From the NCBI RefSeq assembly GCF_009914755.1, contig NC_060932.1: a DNA stretch of 64,000 nt. One strand, 5' to 3'. The translations under genes were made by a program, and so were the position numbers. The notes under the pieces were generated by a model, which made no database searches, was not told where the DNA came from, and saw only the letters and a list, made by a program, of their open reading frames with translations. Shown here piece after piece: positions 47,820 through 63,136 of this stretch (positions are counted from its first letter, which is position 1; each line of letters begins with the position of its first letter). The DNA comes from the human T2T-CHM13v2.0 reference genome, Homo sapiens.

Positions 47820-48083
47820 GGGCAGTGTAGTGATGACAGCAGGAGCATCTACAGCCAGCAAGATGCCTGGGACTCAATCCCAGCTCTGTGATTTATTTAG
47901 CTGTATTGTAGTCTTGCAAATTATGTAGTCCCTTTGTGCCTAGTTTTCCTTGCACATACATAGGGAGTAATAAAGGTATTTACTTTACCAGGTTGTTAGG
48001 AGGATTGAGTGATTTAATGCACGTAAAACACTTAGAACTGTTTCTAATACACAATAAGCACTCAATATATGTTAGTCATTGTG
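47820..48083 (+). mobile_element. MIR SINE
   Basis: tcaatcccagctctgtga...gtgcctagttttcct...aaacacttagaac...gcactcaatatatgttag. Confidence 0.85.
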
Positions 48084-49625
48084 GTGGGGAAAATCACAAG
48101 GAAAAGGTCCCTTTCATTCAACATATTCTACTCTACATGTACTTCAGTATGTTACATGAATGAGGCTCTAAGAGATCAAAAAATAAATTAAGACACAGAC
48201 TTGTCTTCAGAGAGAGGAGCTAGCAATCTAATATCAGTTAGGAATGTATCTACTCATTCTTATCCTTCAAAGGTGAGTTCTGGAACAGAACTGGAGTTGT
48301 TCAGCACAGTTTGAACATCTTGCAGACCTAATTTCTTGTTCATGTCACTGGAAATGCTTCCTGCAATAAATTTATTTTGTTATATATATACATTGTCATT
48401 CATCATTGCAATACTATTCTTATGGGAAAACAGATTATGAATAGTGTAATAACTATGACAAATAATAAACAAGCTCACTTGCTTCTGGCTCTAAGGGAAA
48501 TAAATCAGCCGGCAGTTGCATTCTCTGCTCCACCCTCAACTCCCAAAAGGGAGCCATCTATTACTGAAAAGGATCTGCAATTTTTTAAATTTGACTGTTT
48601 CTCCCCAAATCAAGACAAATTGCATCAATACTACAGAAAATTCCCAAATATTTCAGTATCTTTGCAGAGAACGTAGGATATATTCCAATGCCTAACATCA
48701 TAGTTCATCAGACATTGTAGTGAGTAAGGCTTTGAGATCTCCTCCTCATGGCTTGGAATCCCTTTCACCCTAACTTAATAGTACCATGCATACATGACCA
48801 TGACCAGTTGATTGACCAGACCAATTCTTCCTTGGGCATTAGGAAAATAAGTATTTCTTTGTCCTCTGAATTTTGATGGGAGACAAGCCTCTGGATCACA
48901 CCACTTGCCTTTCTATATTTGTTTCTTTGCCTGGTTTATTTTTCTTCTCTTATGACTTAGGGTAGTGGAGAGAGCATTGGGATACGAGTCACTAACCTAA
49001 TGGGTAAGATTTTGTCTCTTATCCACTAGTAATTCTGTGGGCCTTGGCATCCTCTTGGTAAGAGGAGAGGGTATATTAGAATGCTCTTTCAGATAATTTC
49101 CAAACATGACAATCTATGAAATGAACTTTCCTTATCCTTAGCATAAGCCTGGGTCTATCATTAGTCCAGCCATTTATTTTGGAAGCTTTACCCTCACCCC
49201 AGTCTGCTTTGGCCACTCTGAGTAAAAATCTACCCAAGAATTCACCTCTCCCGGTTTCATCATGCCGAACATAATATTCCCTTAATCCTATTCTGCATAT
49301 CTTGCTATCTCTCCATTTACTGTAGAACAGCTGCAACCCACACACTAAGTCACCATTCAGGATAACTGGTATCTTTCAGTGAATCACTTGGCAACTCTTC
49401 CAGGACTCTGTTTTCCCATCTAAGAAATGAGAAGAATATCAGCTATTCTTAATTCACAGAACTGTTATGACTTGGGGAGAAAACTGAATGAACTGTGTAA
49501 AGTGCTGTACAAATAAAAATGAAATGGAAACCATTACTAGAATTACTTTACCTAAAAATTGAAAGACACTTATGAGCCACATGAGGATATCTTTAATATT
49601 ATTTTTATTACTATCACATGTTACG

Positions 49626-49696
49626 TTAATGCATATAAAACACTTAGAACTGTTTTCTAACACACGGTAAGCACTCAATATATGTTAGTCATTGTG
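49626..49696 (+). repeat. ~70-bp direct copy of the MIR tail at 48014-48083
   Basis: 65/71 identical by manual alignment, sharing non-consensus bases. Confidence 0.85.
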
Positions 49697-51100
49697 ACCT
49701 TAAGATTTGAAACTCTTGTTGACCTTAGGGTTTGAAAACTGGTTTTATACTTTGACTGAGCTTTGGAAATTTGAAAATTCTTCAACCTGACATTGACTAA
49801 ATGTGCCCTATTGCTTTCCCTACACGAATCTTCTGGATGGTTGGCCACACTCAAAACAGAATCACTTCCACCTTTTAATGTAATTACAGTGCAATTACAA
49901 AATTCATTCAATTTTGCTAAAACTGATCTAGTAAATAAAATGTATCAATTTTTCATCATGGCCAAGAAACTAACTAGACAAAATATACCAAAAATACTGT
50001 ATGATTCCAACTCTGATAAAGTGTTTGTTGGAAATCCCATCTCTCACTTTTTAGTGGTCACCTTTCACCATGCCTTGTGTGTTTATCACTCTGTCTGTGT
50101 TTACAGCCCCTTCCTTTTGTTCACAAATTGTCATATTATTTTCACATGTAGGATTAATTTTCCTCCTTTCAACCTAGAAAGGAATGAGTTGTTATGAATT
50201 TATTAACAAAGTAAAATAATATTCTCAAGCAAATTTACAGGCTTCATTGAATTGCAACTGATTTAACATCCCTTATCTCTCTCTGTGCCACTGGATTCCT
50301 TCGAAAAGTGTTCTGCAAGGGTTGCCCCAGAGCTTCTCTGAAAAGTCTCACCCAAAGGTCATCAATGACCATCTATCCCAGTGACTGACATATTTAATGG
50401 TTTCTTTATATCTATCCTACTTGATCTCAACTATAATTTTTGGTATGAATGATTACCCATTCATTCTGAAGCTCTCTCCTTCTTTGACTTTTGTGTCAGA
50501 TACCTTCCCACCTGACATCCATTCCACCTCAGCCTCTTTGGTTAGTAGTGATGCAGTTCATGAGACAAAAGAGAGATCAATGAGTCCCCTCCTAATGAGA
50601 TTAAGCCCAATCTCTGCTTTCTATGCTAATGATCAGTTCAGAAACCCAGATCTGATGCAACCAGCATATGGAATTTTACTGGCCAGAGAAGTTGGTTCAG
50701 ATAGGTATGTCAAGCCAATAAAATGCAAGAGCAAGATCAATGGGAATTGGGGGAGCAAGGAGGCTAGGGGAGAAGTTTCTTTACATTTGCAAGACAACCA
50801 CTGGAAAGGGGGCCTTGGTTATACATGGATGGGAAATCTCGAAATTCTGTAGCCATTTCCCCAACAGTCTATGGAGAAACACAACACCCAGAGGAGAGCA
50901 TTTCTGGGAGAATAAGAAGGCGAATGGAACTGGATCTGTGACTATAGCACCTGTTCTTGGTCCTAGTTAACTTACCTCTAGAGTATTGCTCTATAGAGTA
51001 TTTACTCCATAAGCAGAAAAATTCACTTTATCATTATAGTCATTTTGAGTTGGTTTGAGTATTAATTGAGCTGAAACCATCATAACTAACAATTTTATAG

Positions 51101-51446
<346 letters not shown>

Positions 51447-51858
51447 CAATAATTCTTTTAAATCATGGATTGCACTAGCTCCCTTCTTCCATTTATCCTT
51501 TAACCATGGTGACTCCCTGATTCTATACTTTGACTTTTTCTATTTTCTCTTTCCTTAGCTTCAACTTTCACCTACTTCAAAAACTAAAATCAGTAGCACT
51601 AGCCCAGATTTTTCTTTTGAGCTTAAGACACAAATTTTCATTTATTTTCCATATATATTGCCTTTAAGTATCCCATCCTGGGTGAGCTGAATCTATTACC
51701 TGCCTGCGAACTTTTTCCCTACCACCCTCTTCATGTATTTCATAGCCTAGTTTGTAGCATCACTATGACTTCAACCTTCAAAAACAGAAATTTTTTTTTC
51801 TCCCTGGTTGATACCTGTGTCTTAGCCCTCACAATCATCATAAGGTCTTGCCAGTTCT

Positions 51859-53363
<1,505 letters not shown>

Positions 53364-56004
53364 TGAGGCACATTGTCCTCAGCCTAGCTCATTAGCTCAT
53401 CATTTCCATCTGGACTTGCCTCCTAACTGGTCCTTTGCATCCTCCACAAATCCACCAGTGATTCCTCTCAAATATAGGCCCATGTCAAAATGTAAAATGT
53501 CATTTTCCTTCTTAACATTACATACTGGCTCCCCGTTGCCTATAGAATAAAGTTTATACAACTTAAGTGACTCTATAAAGACTTTTGCAACCATATCAGA
53601 GCTCACCTATTTAATCTCACCTTCAACCACTCTCTAAATATGAAGCCAGTCCTTGGCATGCTCCGAGCAAGCACACACCTGCCTGCCTCTATCTTGTACC
53701 ACTTGTTTCCTCTGCCTTCAGTGGTCTTTTTTGTTTCTGAAGCTGGTGTATTCCTGCTCATTTTTCAAGGCCTGAATAAAACATAATCCATTTTAGTAAA
53801 TATTTCCTGACAACTCGGGCAAATTTCAGCATTCCCTCATCTTTTGTAGTTCTAGGAACAGAACTATATATAAGAGAAAGTCACATATGCTATGATAGAT
53901 TAATGTTTATTAATATGTACTGTACCTTCTCTAGTTTGTAATTTGTTAGACTATGAACCCAGGCTTTTGACAATTATCTCTTTAGGACCTATTCCATAAT
54001 CTGACATATAATAGATGTTCAAATATCATTTTTCAAATCAAAGAATGAAGAAAAGGAAATTAAAGGATTAGTGACTAGCTAGGAAGAAGCCTCTCTGGAC
54101 TTAGTTTCCTAATCTGTAAAATGAGACAGATTTAGATGGACCCCTGTGCTTCCTTCTGCTCTAAAACTCTCCACAATTTTATGAAAATATTAGTAGAGCA
54201 ACCCAGTGATTCTTTCATAATATAGTAAACTAATACTAAATTTTACAAACTACACTCTGGTCAAAAATATGTACAAATTCAAAAATGGAAAGAATTTTTC
54301 TTTTTCTTTAATGTGTCCCCCTGTTGCTATATGAAATGTGTTAGTTCTGGAAAGAAGCCAATATTAGGTTTGGAACAGTTAAGAGCCAATAGAGACATCA
54401 TTTTTAATTATATTAAAAGCATCTTATAAATTTCCCATCAGTTACACCATAATTTCTCTCCATTAATCACTGAAGGACAAGTGTTTGCAGCTTGGTCTCT
54501 TGTGGATAAAATTTGGGTATAAAATGTGGTTTAATTTCCAAGCCTCTGTAAATCTAAGTCTCTCTCCCTCTAGCTCCCATTCAGAGAAAAAATGGGGTTT
54601 GACATAAAAAGGAAAAAAAGTAGTTTGATGTAAGGGGGTAAAAAAGGTGAGTGAGTATATACCTGCAGGATGTTTTGGGGTAAAGGATTCAAGTCAGTGA
54701 TGGCTGGTGATCACAGTAACTGAAATAAGGTCTGCATTTCTTCTTTTGGGGCAAGGCAGGAGGATGGGTAGCATTGTCAGGCTGAAAAATCAAGAGACAT
54801 GAAGTCTAATTCTGGCTCTGCCATTAACATTAACATACTCTGTGACCTTGGTTAAGTCAATTATTCTCTAAGATCTATTCTTGGACCGGTTTAGTGACTT
54901 GGAATCTACGTATTTATTGCAGTGTGAATCCTCCTAGAGTTAACCTTCACTGGCTTCACTTTTAATGTTATGCCCTTGGTTTTTATGAAAGGCCATTACA
55001 AGAAACAATAATATGAATTCTACTAATACAAGTATAAGTTTGTGCCTGAGGAAATACTGGAGATGTTTATTTCCTTGTTATGAAATTCCACATGAAAAAA
55101 TTCTCATAGATTTTAATTCCAAGACAACTTCTTCCTCTTCCTCAAACTTATCACAGAACCCATATGTTAATGCATTTCATATATTCCCTGCTACCGGAAT
55201 TCCCAAAGCTCTTTTTTTCATTTTTTTCTTTTTTGACTTTAATTATCAATATATATATGCTTATTATATACATATATATGTCCACAATTCAAAGTTAATC
55301 ATTTTAATATTTTAATAGATGCCCCTCAAGTTTTCTTATGGGCAGTTTCTTACCCAGTTTAGTTCATATTCTATATGCAATCTTGTGTGGCCCCTTTTGG
55401 TACATAGCATAAGTCTCACTTGACTGACTAGAAACTTGAATTCTGTTCATTTATTTAGATCCAACTTTTACCCTTCTGAACTTTTCATGTGGACATATAC
55501 AGACATTTTATATCAATAGCTTGATCAATCAATCAATTGATATAGCTGTATATCTACATGTATCATAAAATAAGTATTCCATACAATGTATATGACATTC
55601 ATTTGTATGCCATATTCACATATGGCATATGTTAATATGTTATGCATCTTATATTTATAGACAATAAATGGAGAAGTGATTTGTGAAGTGTATAATGCCC
55701 CAAAAGAGCGATTTTTGTTATTACCTATAGGTTTATTTAACGTCAAGGACAGAATAGCTATTCCTGGTCAAGCTAATCAAGTAGTCTAGGCGTAGAACAA
55801 GTTATCAATACTGGTGAGCCTGGTAGAACCCAGGCAACTGGAGAAAGCCCAAGAGTAACCATGTAGGCAGTAGAAGGTGGCTGGCATAGAACCCCAGACA
55901 GAGAATAGCGTTCGTGGCTTCTAGCACAGCTGCCCTGCATACTTAGGTGCAACCTCTAGAGAAGCTGTCAAGGTTCTACCTCTTTTTATGCCTAAATAAT
56001 GTTA

Positions 56005-56490
56005 AGAAATGTCCCTCAACAAGTGAATGGATAAACTAAATTAATATACATTTATACAATTGAACATTACTCAGCAACAAAAGGAAACAATTTGTATACG
56101 TGCAGCAACCTAGATGGATCTTTATTTGCTGTGTGAAGGCTAAACCATAAATAGAAAAACACCTGAATGATTTCATTTATGACAGGATATAAATGAAGTT
56201 ATTCCGGTTACTTGAAATTTTAGAAAGCCAAATTAATCTGTAGTAAGAGAAAACAGGTCAGAGGTTGCCTAGAGAAGGAAGTGGACATTTGGATGGATTA
56301 CAGAAGGACATGAAGGAACTCTGTGGAGGTGAAGAGTAGGATGGAAATGTTTGTTGTCTTCATTTTGGTGATGGTTTCACAGTGCATATATATGTCATAA
56401 GTAATGAAATTGTACACTTTAAACTCTGATCAATCATTGTATGTAATACATCTTGATAAAGCTATAAAAACTTTTTAAAATTAAAAAAAA
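56005..56490 (+). mobile_element. Old L1M 3' end
   Basis: aaatgtccctcaacaagtgaatggataaac; gatggaaatgtt...ggtgatggtttcac; aattgtacactttaaa. Confidence 0.8.
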
Positions 56491-57214
56491 GAAATTTATC
56501 CAAAACTTTGAATTAAGGCAAAAAGGTGGGTGGCACGTCCTTTCAATATCATATGGGGACAAGGAACTCCCCCAGATTACCTAGAAGAATATATTTGGCT
56601 CATGTCATTTTTAACCACAAATTAACATTTCCAGCTCTAGTGAAGTTACTTGCACACCTGCAAATTTTCATTGGTTAGAAATGTGAATAATTTGTCTAGT
56701 GGAAGAGATAACCCCAAAGATATATGACTTGTTGGACATCAAATAGATTTATATTTAACTCAGCAATCCTACCCTAACACTTTCTTGTTAAATTAAGCAT
56801 AAATACCCACATGTCTTAAATGCTCTTCAAAGCAATCATATTTTCCCAGCTCCCTCATTGACTAATGAGGCTCTTTAAAAATAACTAAAGTCTAAGTCCT
56901 CCCTACCCAATTCCACTAGAACCAGTTCCTCTCCCCCATATATTTCAGGGAGTCCCTAAGGTATGCGTTTGTTTTCACAAACAAATCCCATTGTCCCCTG
57001 TCTTCATGACCTCCATGGGGACCTGGTTCTCAACTGCACTCTTCTACAATTTACCTCTGGCCATCTTAGAACCAACCTCTGCAGACAACTTTTGATCTCT
57101 CTGTCATGGTTGCCCCAAGCATGGACATGGGTTCAAACATTAATTCACAAAACAGAGCTGAGATGAGGTTGTAACATACAATATAATAAGCTTTGGCTGA
57201 AAGCTGGAAGAAGG

Positions 57215-57705
57215 TGATGGGATTCAGGCCACACTACCCTAAAACCTGGTACCTTAGCATTTGAGAAAACAGCAGAAGCAGGAAAGTCACTATTTCTTTC
57301 CCTCTGCCCCTCTCCCCTGAAGCAGGTCATAAAATCTAGGAAGGATTTTCTGACCTTCCCTTGAAGCAGGTCATAAGACCCTTATTCAAGGGGAGCCCTC
57401 CTTATTTCCGGAGAAAAAGATCCAAAGACACAGAGATGCCAAGAAGAGTCTGAACAAACAGGCCTTGCAGAGCTCCTCCTGGCTTATTACCAGTAGATCA
57501 AACCCTCTTTATCCAGTCATACTTCCCTATAATGGCCACCCTTCATCAAACCTTTCATAAAAAAATACACAGTTGTCTCTGTTTCTTTGAGTCTTCATTT
57601 CTGAAGGTTCTATGTAAAACTTACGTTAAATAAATGTATATGCTTTTCTCTTGTTAATCTGTCTTTTCTTATAGCAGCCTCAGCCCTGAACTTTCCTTCC
57701 CTACA
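57215..57705 (+). mobile_element. ERV1-class solo LTR (MER93-like)
   Basis: tgatgggattcaggccacactaccctaaaa...gcatttgagaaaacagcagaagcagg; AATAAA then atgcttttctcttgttaatctgtctttt; ends ctaca. Confidence 0.72.
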
Positions 57706-57775
57706 GAGACATAAGGGAATTACTACATGTGCACTTATGTGTACACATACACACATACATGGTTCGCAGAACTAC

Positions 57776-58133
57776 AGTATCCCCTTTCATCCACAGGGGA
57801 TACATTCCAAGGCCCCCAGTGGATGCCTGAAACCACCAATGGTACAGAACCCTGTATACACTGTTTTTCCCTGTACATACATACCTATGGTAAAGTTTAG
57901 TTTATAAATTAGGCACAAGAAGAGATCAACAATAATAATAAGCTAGAACAATTATAACAAAATACTGTAATATTAGGATGGTGTAAAAGTAATTGTGGTT
58001 TTGCCGTCACTAATAAAAGCTATGTGAATGTGGTTTCTCTGTCTCTCAAAATATCTTAATCTTTTCAGATGGCCATTGACTGCAGGTAACTGAAACTGTG
58101 GAAAGTGAAACCACAAATAAGTGGGGACCACTG
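57776..58133. mobile_element. MER44A-like (Tigger7-derived) element containing half a MADE1
   Basis: cagtatcccctttcatccacaggggatacattccaagg...gaaaccacaaataagtggggaccactg. Confidence 0.82.
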
Positions 58134-58440
58134 TGCCTTCCTCTTTTGCCACTACCTCCCAAGATGCCAGTACCAGGCAACCAGCACCCCTACTTTGGAG
58201 ATCTGGATCCCATGATTCCCTCCTTTCAACTCGGAGACCCCAGTACCAGCCAAGTAGTGGCTCCTCCCCAGAGGTCTGAGTTTCATCTCCGTGGGACTAC
58301 TTCTCCAATCATCTAAATTTTAAGTATTACACTGTCTTCCTTTTGTTTCCACAGCCCTAGAGGTGATACATGCTTCTTTCAGTTGCTACCTCTGAGAAAC
58401 CCTTTTAGTCACCAAGTTATTCAATAACAACTTTATGCCT

Positions 58441-58724
58441 TCTTCTTTTTTTTTATTTGAGATCGAGTCTCACTCTGTTCCCTAGGCTGGAATGCAGTAG
58501 CACGATCTCAGCTCATTGCAAAATCTGCCTCCTATGTTCAAGTGATTCCCCTGCCTCAGCCTCCAGAGTAGTTGAGATTACAAGCATGGCCACCACGCCC
58601 AGCTAATTTTTCTATTGTTAGTAGAGATCGGTTTTTTTCCATGTTGGCCAGGCTGGTCTTGAACTCCTGACCTCAAGTAATCCACCTGCCTCTGGATTAC
58701 AGGCATGAGGCACCACACCTGGCC
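58441..58724 (-). mobile_element. AluS with small deletion in left monomer
   Basis: Reverse Alu; ccacctgcctc joined directly to tggattacagg. Confidence 0.88.
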
Positions 58725-60810
58725 CTAATTAATCATTCTTATTACTGAAATCTGCTTGGTTCAAGTAACTGGTGTGGTTCTGTCGCCTGCCTGGGCTCTG
58801 ACAGAAACAATGGCAGACTAGCTACAGAGTCCAAGGCCTCAACCGCCACCTAGAGTAGGAAAAACACAAACAAAAAGGAAAGCCAGTTTTCTCCTTCACT
58901 CATCAGTGCAGGCCAGCCTCTGCTCACACATCATCTCCGAGATGCTATTTTACCCATGAGGAAGACAACCTTTGACATAACTCTGTAGAGAAACTCAGCT
59001 TCTCCTTATCTCCTTTCCAACACAGGATCTGGACTTTAACTTTGCAAAACCTATGGGTGTTTTTCCAAAACAAAAGCATCACTGGCCCCCAAAAGTACAA
59101 TCAAGCCTCCAGTTCTAACAACACAAGGAAACAATGACATTCTGGAAAGAAAGATGTTGTTTTTCTTGGGTTTTACATATCTCAGGGCCAATTCCTTAGG
59201 GAAACTCAAGGTCAAAATATTTTCTTCTCAAGAGCCTCTTCAAGGGAAACAGACTTTTGAAGTACAAGCTGTAAGGTCAGCGCCACAGCCTGAGATGGGG
59301 CAGCAGAGGCTTATTCCCCCATTCCAGCCCACCCCACTCCCCTCATCCCCACCTAAGCAAACACCAGTGGTTACGTTATTTTTACCTGGAATATTTATGT
59401 AATTCATTAAAGCTGCTTTGGCAGCAAATGATAGAAATAAAATTAATATTCAACCTAGCTGCAGCAAAGAAATGGCTAGTTGAACTCAGTGGTCTAAGGA
59501 CAGATTTAAAGGCTGCTGAACTTAGGAAGAAATGAGAACTGAGAGCTAGGAATTAGGAAGTCATCTTGACACTATTTTTCCCTCATCTCTGCTCTCATTT
59601 TTACGTCTATATATAATAATTCTTTCTCTACTCACCAGCATTTCAGGGGAGGCTTTTTCAGTGCACCCCTGCTCTTGGATTAACATAAGTAAGCCTTACC
59701 CCTTAGTGAGACTAAGTCTCTGAATCTTAGTTCAGGAGCTCACTCTTGTTCCAATCAATTGCTTAAGGGTCAGGTTCATGTTTTACAAAATAGGAACCCA
59801 AGTTTTTCAGTCTGGGTGGCAGAGAGCACAGAAGAAGCCATCATTAATTCAACAAGGCCATCCTCCCATAAAGTTACTATTGCACTTATCATGAATGTCT
59901 CAGTGCTTATCTGTTACTCAATTTTATGTCAGATATTAACTTTAAAAATATGTGTATATTTATTAAATCTCATCAGCAATAATCTACTAAATGCTTAAAG
60001 AAAATTAAATTTCTAAGTGATGCCGGAGTCCTTGATACAGCCACCTTGCTTCAAGAATTGGGAAAGGACAAAATGAAAAGCATAATCAAAGAGGAAAGGT
60101 TTACCAAGGCATTAGACACCCCTTGGGCATAATAAACGTTCAGCCAGATTTATTATTATTATAATATGTATAATGGCGTAGTCCCACAAGTAAAATGCTA
60201 AATATGATTATAATGTTTATAGCACATAATACAGCAAGGAGCTTTTGGTAAGGGGAAAGGGAGGGGAGGAATGGGAGCTGTGTCCTTGTTGAGAAAATCA
60301 CTAGGGGCTTGCATCACTGAGCAAAAAGAGACCCATCCCCCGTAAGTTACTCCCAAGGCCCAATCAAGGACACAAAGCACCGTACATGGCTGAGTGCCCA
60401 GCCCTGGGAGACCATAGAGGGCACAGAACTCCCTTGGCCCTCACTCCTAGGAGATTGTGTCTTTCATGCCAACTTCATTCATTTCCAACTGATGACTCCC
60501 TGCAGACTCACACGCCCCAGTGGACATAGTCGAGCCCTTTGGGGTTCTGTTTTATCATTGGTGGGGCCTGATGTGCCTGGTTGAATCTGTCCTCCTTACT
60601 ACATATTAAGCCCCAGCTTGGTGAAAAAATCTGGCATCCCCTCACTTTGTCTACAGGAAGAGTTTGAGGCCACTGGCCCCAGATACTGTTCCATCCCAAG
60701 TAGCATCCTCTCCAATTCCGGCTCTACTCACCTGTTTCACCCTGGATGAACACCTGAACTGGCTCCCTTCTGTGGGACTTCTCCGATCAGTGGTAGAGAA
60801 GGGAAAGTTG

Positions 60811-60935
60811 GGCTGGGTGCAGTGTCTCATGCCTGTAATCCTAGGAAGATCACTTGAGACCAGGAGGATCATTTCAAGACCAGCCTGGGCAACATGGGAA
60901 CACTCCTGTCCCCAAATAAATAAATAAGTAATAAG
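60811..60935 (+). mobile_element. Free left Alu monomer (FLAM-like)
   Basis: Monomer with (TAAA)n tail; 16-bp TSD agagaagggaaagttg at 60795-60810 and 60936-60951. Confidence 0.88.
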
Positions 60936-61217
60936 AGAGAAGGGAAAGTTGTTGGGAATGACAACACTGAGACAAATGAGGCTGGAAGGAGAGGAGTCCT
61001 CAAGAGCCTAAACCTGATTCACTTTTGTTCCAAGTCAGCATCCTGCCAAGTTTATAGTAAGAGGCCAGGCCCAGGCATATTGCTACTAGGAAAAACTTAG
61101 ATAGATTAGATAGATAGTTAGGTAGGTAGATCAATCAATAGATAGATAGAGATGGATATTCTATATGGGTGTGGGTGTACTTTTTGAAGAGGTCTATACA
61201 ATTCAGGAACTATAAAT

Positions 61218-61350
61218 TCTTTCTTTTTATTGCAGAGACGCGGTCTAGCTATGTTGCCCAGGCTGATCTCAAATTCCTGCCTTCAAGCAATCCTCCCCTC
61301 TCAGCCTCCCAAAGTGCTGGGATTACAGGTGAGAGCCATGGAACCTGGCC
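61218..61350 (-). mobile_element. Free left Alu monomer (FLAM-like)
   Basis: gctatgttgcccaggctgatctc...ctcccaaagtgctgggattacagg. Confidence 0.85.
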
Positions 61351-61489
61351 TTGGTATTATGAATGCTATTTTTCCAAGGGAAAGGCCAACCCTATCCATT
61401 TTTAAAACAATAACACAGGATTCTGTTAGTGATAGCTTATGGCTTCACACCAAAGAAGCAAAAAAGATGGAATGCTCAAATTATATAAT

Positions 61490-61705
61490 AACTTCCATTT
61501 ATGAATTTTCACTAACACCAGACATTCTGCTAACAGTCTTACTTAATTCTTTCATTTAATCCTCACTACAACCCTAAGAGTTGATTCTATTAGTATGTGT
61601 TTTATAGAAGAAAAACTGAAAGTATAAAGATCAAATTATTTGCAGGGTTCCAGAGCTGGCAGGAGAGAAGCTTCAATTTCATTCTTTGCTGTCGATAACT
61701 CTGAC
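61490..61705 (-). mobile_element. MIR SINE
   Basis: catttaatcctcactacaaccctaagag...ttttatagaagaaaaactga. Confidence 0.75.
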
Positions 61706-62102
61706 TTTCTTCCTCCTCAACTTAGACCAAGTCTTACCCACCTCATCAGAGGCAGGAGAAAGTCAGCCCAATGGCCCAGCCTCTCCTCTGCAAGGATTGT
61801 CTCCCTCACCTCCTGGAAAAGTGAGCAGCTCCAGCGCTCTCCCATAGTGCCTCCAGCATCCATCAGCCTAGCTGGCGAGTGTGCCCCCACCCCTGCCCCT
61901 GACTGTCACCATCCACTTAGGGGAGAGAGGAACACAGGAGCCAAGAATGCAGTGGAGCATGGGCACTCCTCTGTGATAAACACCCACAAAAATTAAGCCA
62001 TTCTAGAGACGGCAGCGGCTGTTCATACTTCAAAGGTTGTCTCTTTACACGTCTTCTCTGCCCTCCTTTTACAAAGTTTGAACAATTCTATTAAAGAGTT
62101 CA

Positions 62103-62405
62103 GGCCGGGTGCGGTGGCTCATATCTGTAATCCCAGCACTTTGGGAGACTGAGGTGGGTGGATCACCTGAGGTCAGGAGTTCCAGACCAGCCTGGCCAAC
62201 ATGGTGAAACCTCATCTCTATTAAAAATACAAAAATTAGCCTGGCGTGATGGCGCATGCCTCTAATCCCAGCTACTTGGGAGGCTGAGGTAGGACAATCA
62301 CTTGAACCTGGGATGTGGAGGTTTCAGTGAGCCAAGATTGCACCACTGCACTCCAGCCTGGGCAATGAGAGCAAAACTCAGTCTCAAAAAAAAAAAAAAA
62401 AAAAA
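62103..62405 (+). mobile_element. AluSx-like
   Basis: Full dimer, long A tail; TSD aaagag(t/g)tca. Confidence 0.94.
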
Positions 62406-62831
62406 GAGGTCAGCATTGTCTAAATATCAATTAACCTGGGTGAATATGAACATGCGATCAAAGCGAATCTTCTTAAACCCCTGAGAAACAGATTCCTATT
62501 ACTGCATTACAAAGAGAATTATGGTAGTGTTGACCATGGCCTTGTGAAAAAGTCAGACAGTCTCAAAACTGTCAACCAAGAAGGCAGCTCAGTTACCTTT
62601 GGGGGCATCTACAGTTGCAATTTTGAATATTTTTCCAACATTGTTCTTTCCTGATTACCTGTCTTATTATATCTGGGTCTTGGCAGGAGAATACATTCAT
62701 GACTTAATAGATCTTTTTATATTTCATTTAGAGACCCTTCCATTTGACTTATCAAAGTCAAGTATATTTGATTTCCTTAACACTGTATTTTATTATTAAT
62801 TGTATCTGTGTGTATCCATATTAAAGTCTTC

Positions 62832-63136
<305 letters not shown>

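Noticed and set aside
50397-50852. 151-aa ORF
   Set aside because: Spans L2 and MLT1-like remnants; no recognisable domain
58843-58856. CTCF-like motif (reverse actctaggtggcgg)
   Set aside because: Partial match only; cannot be supported without ChIP data
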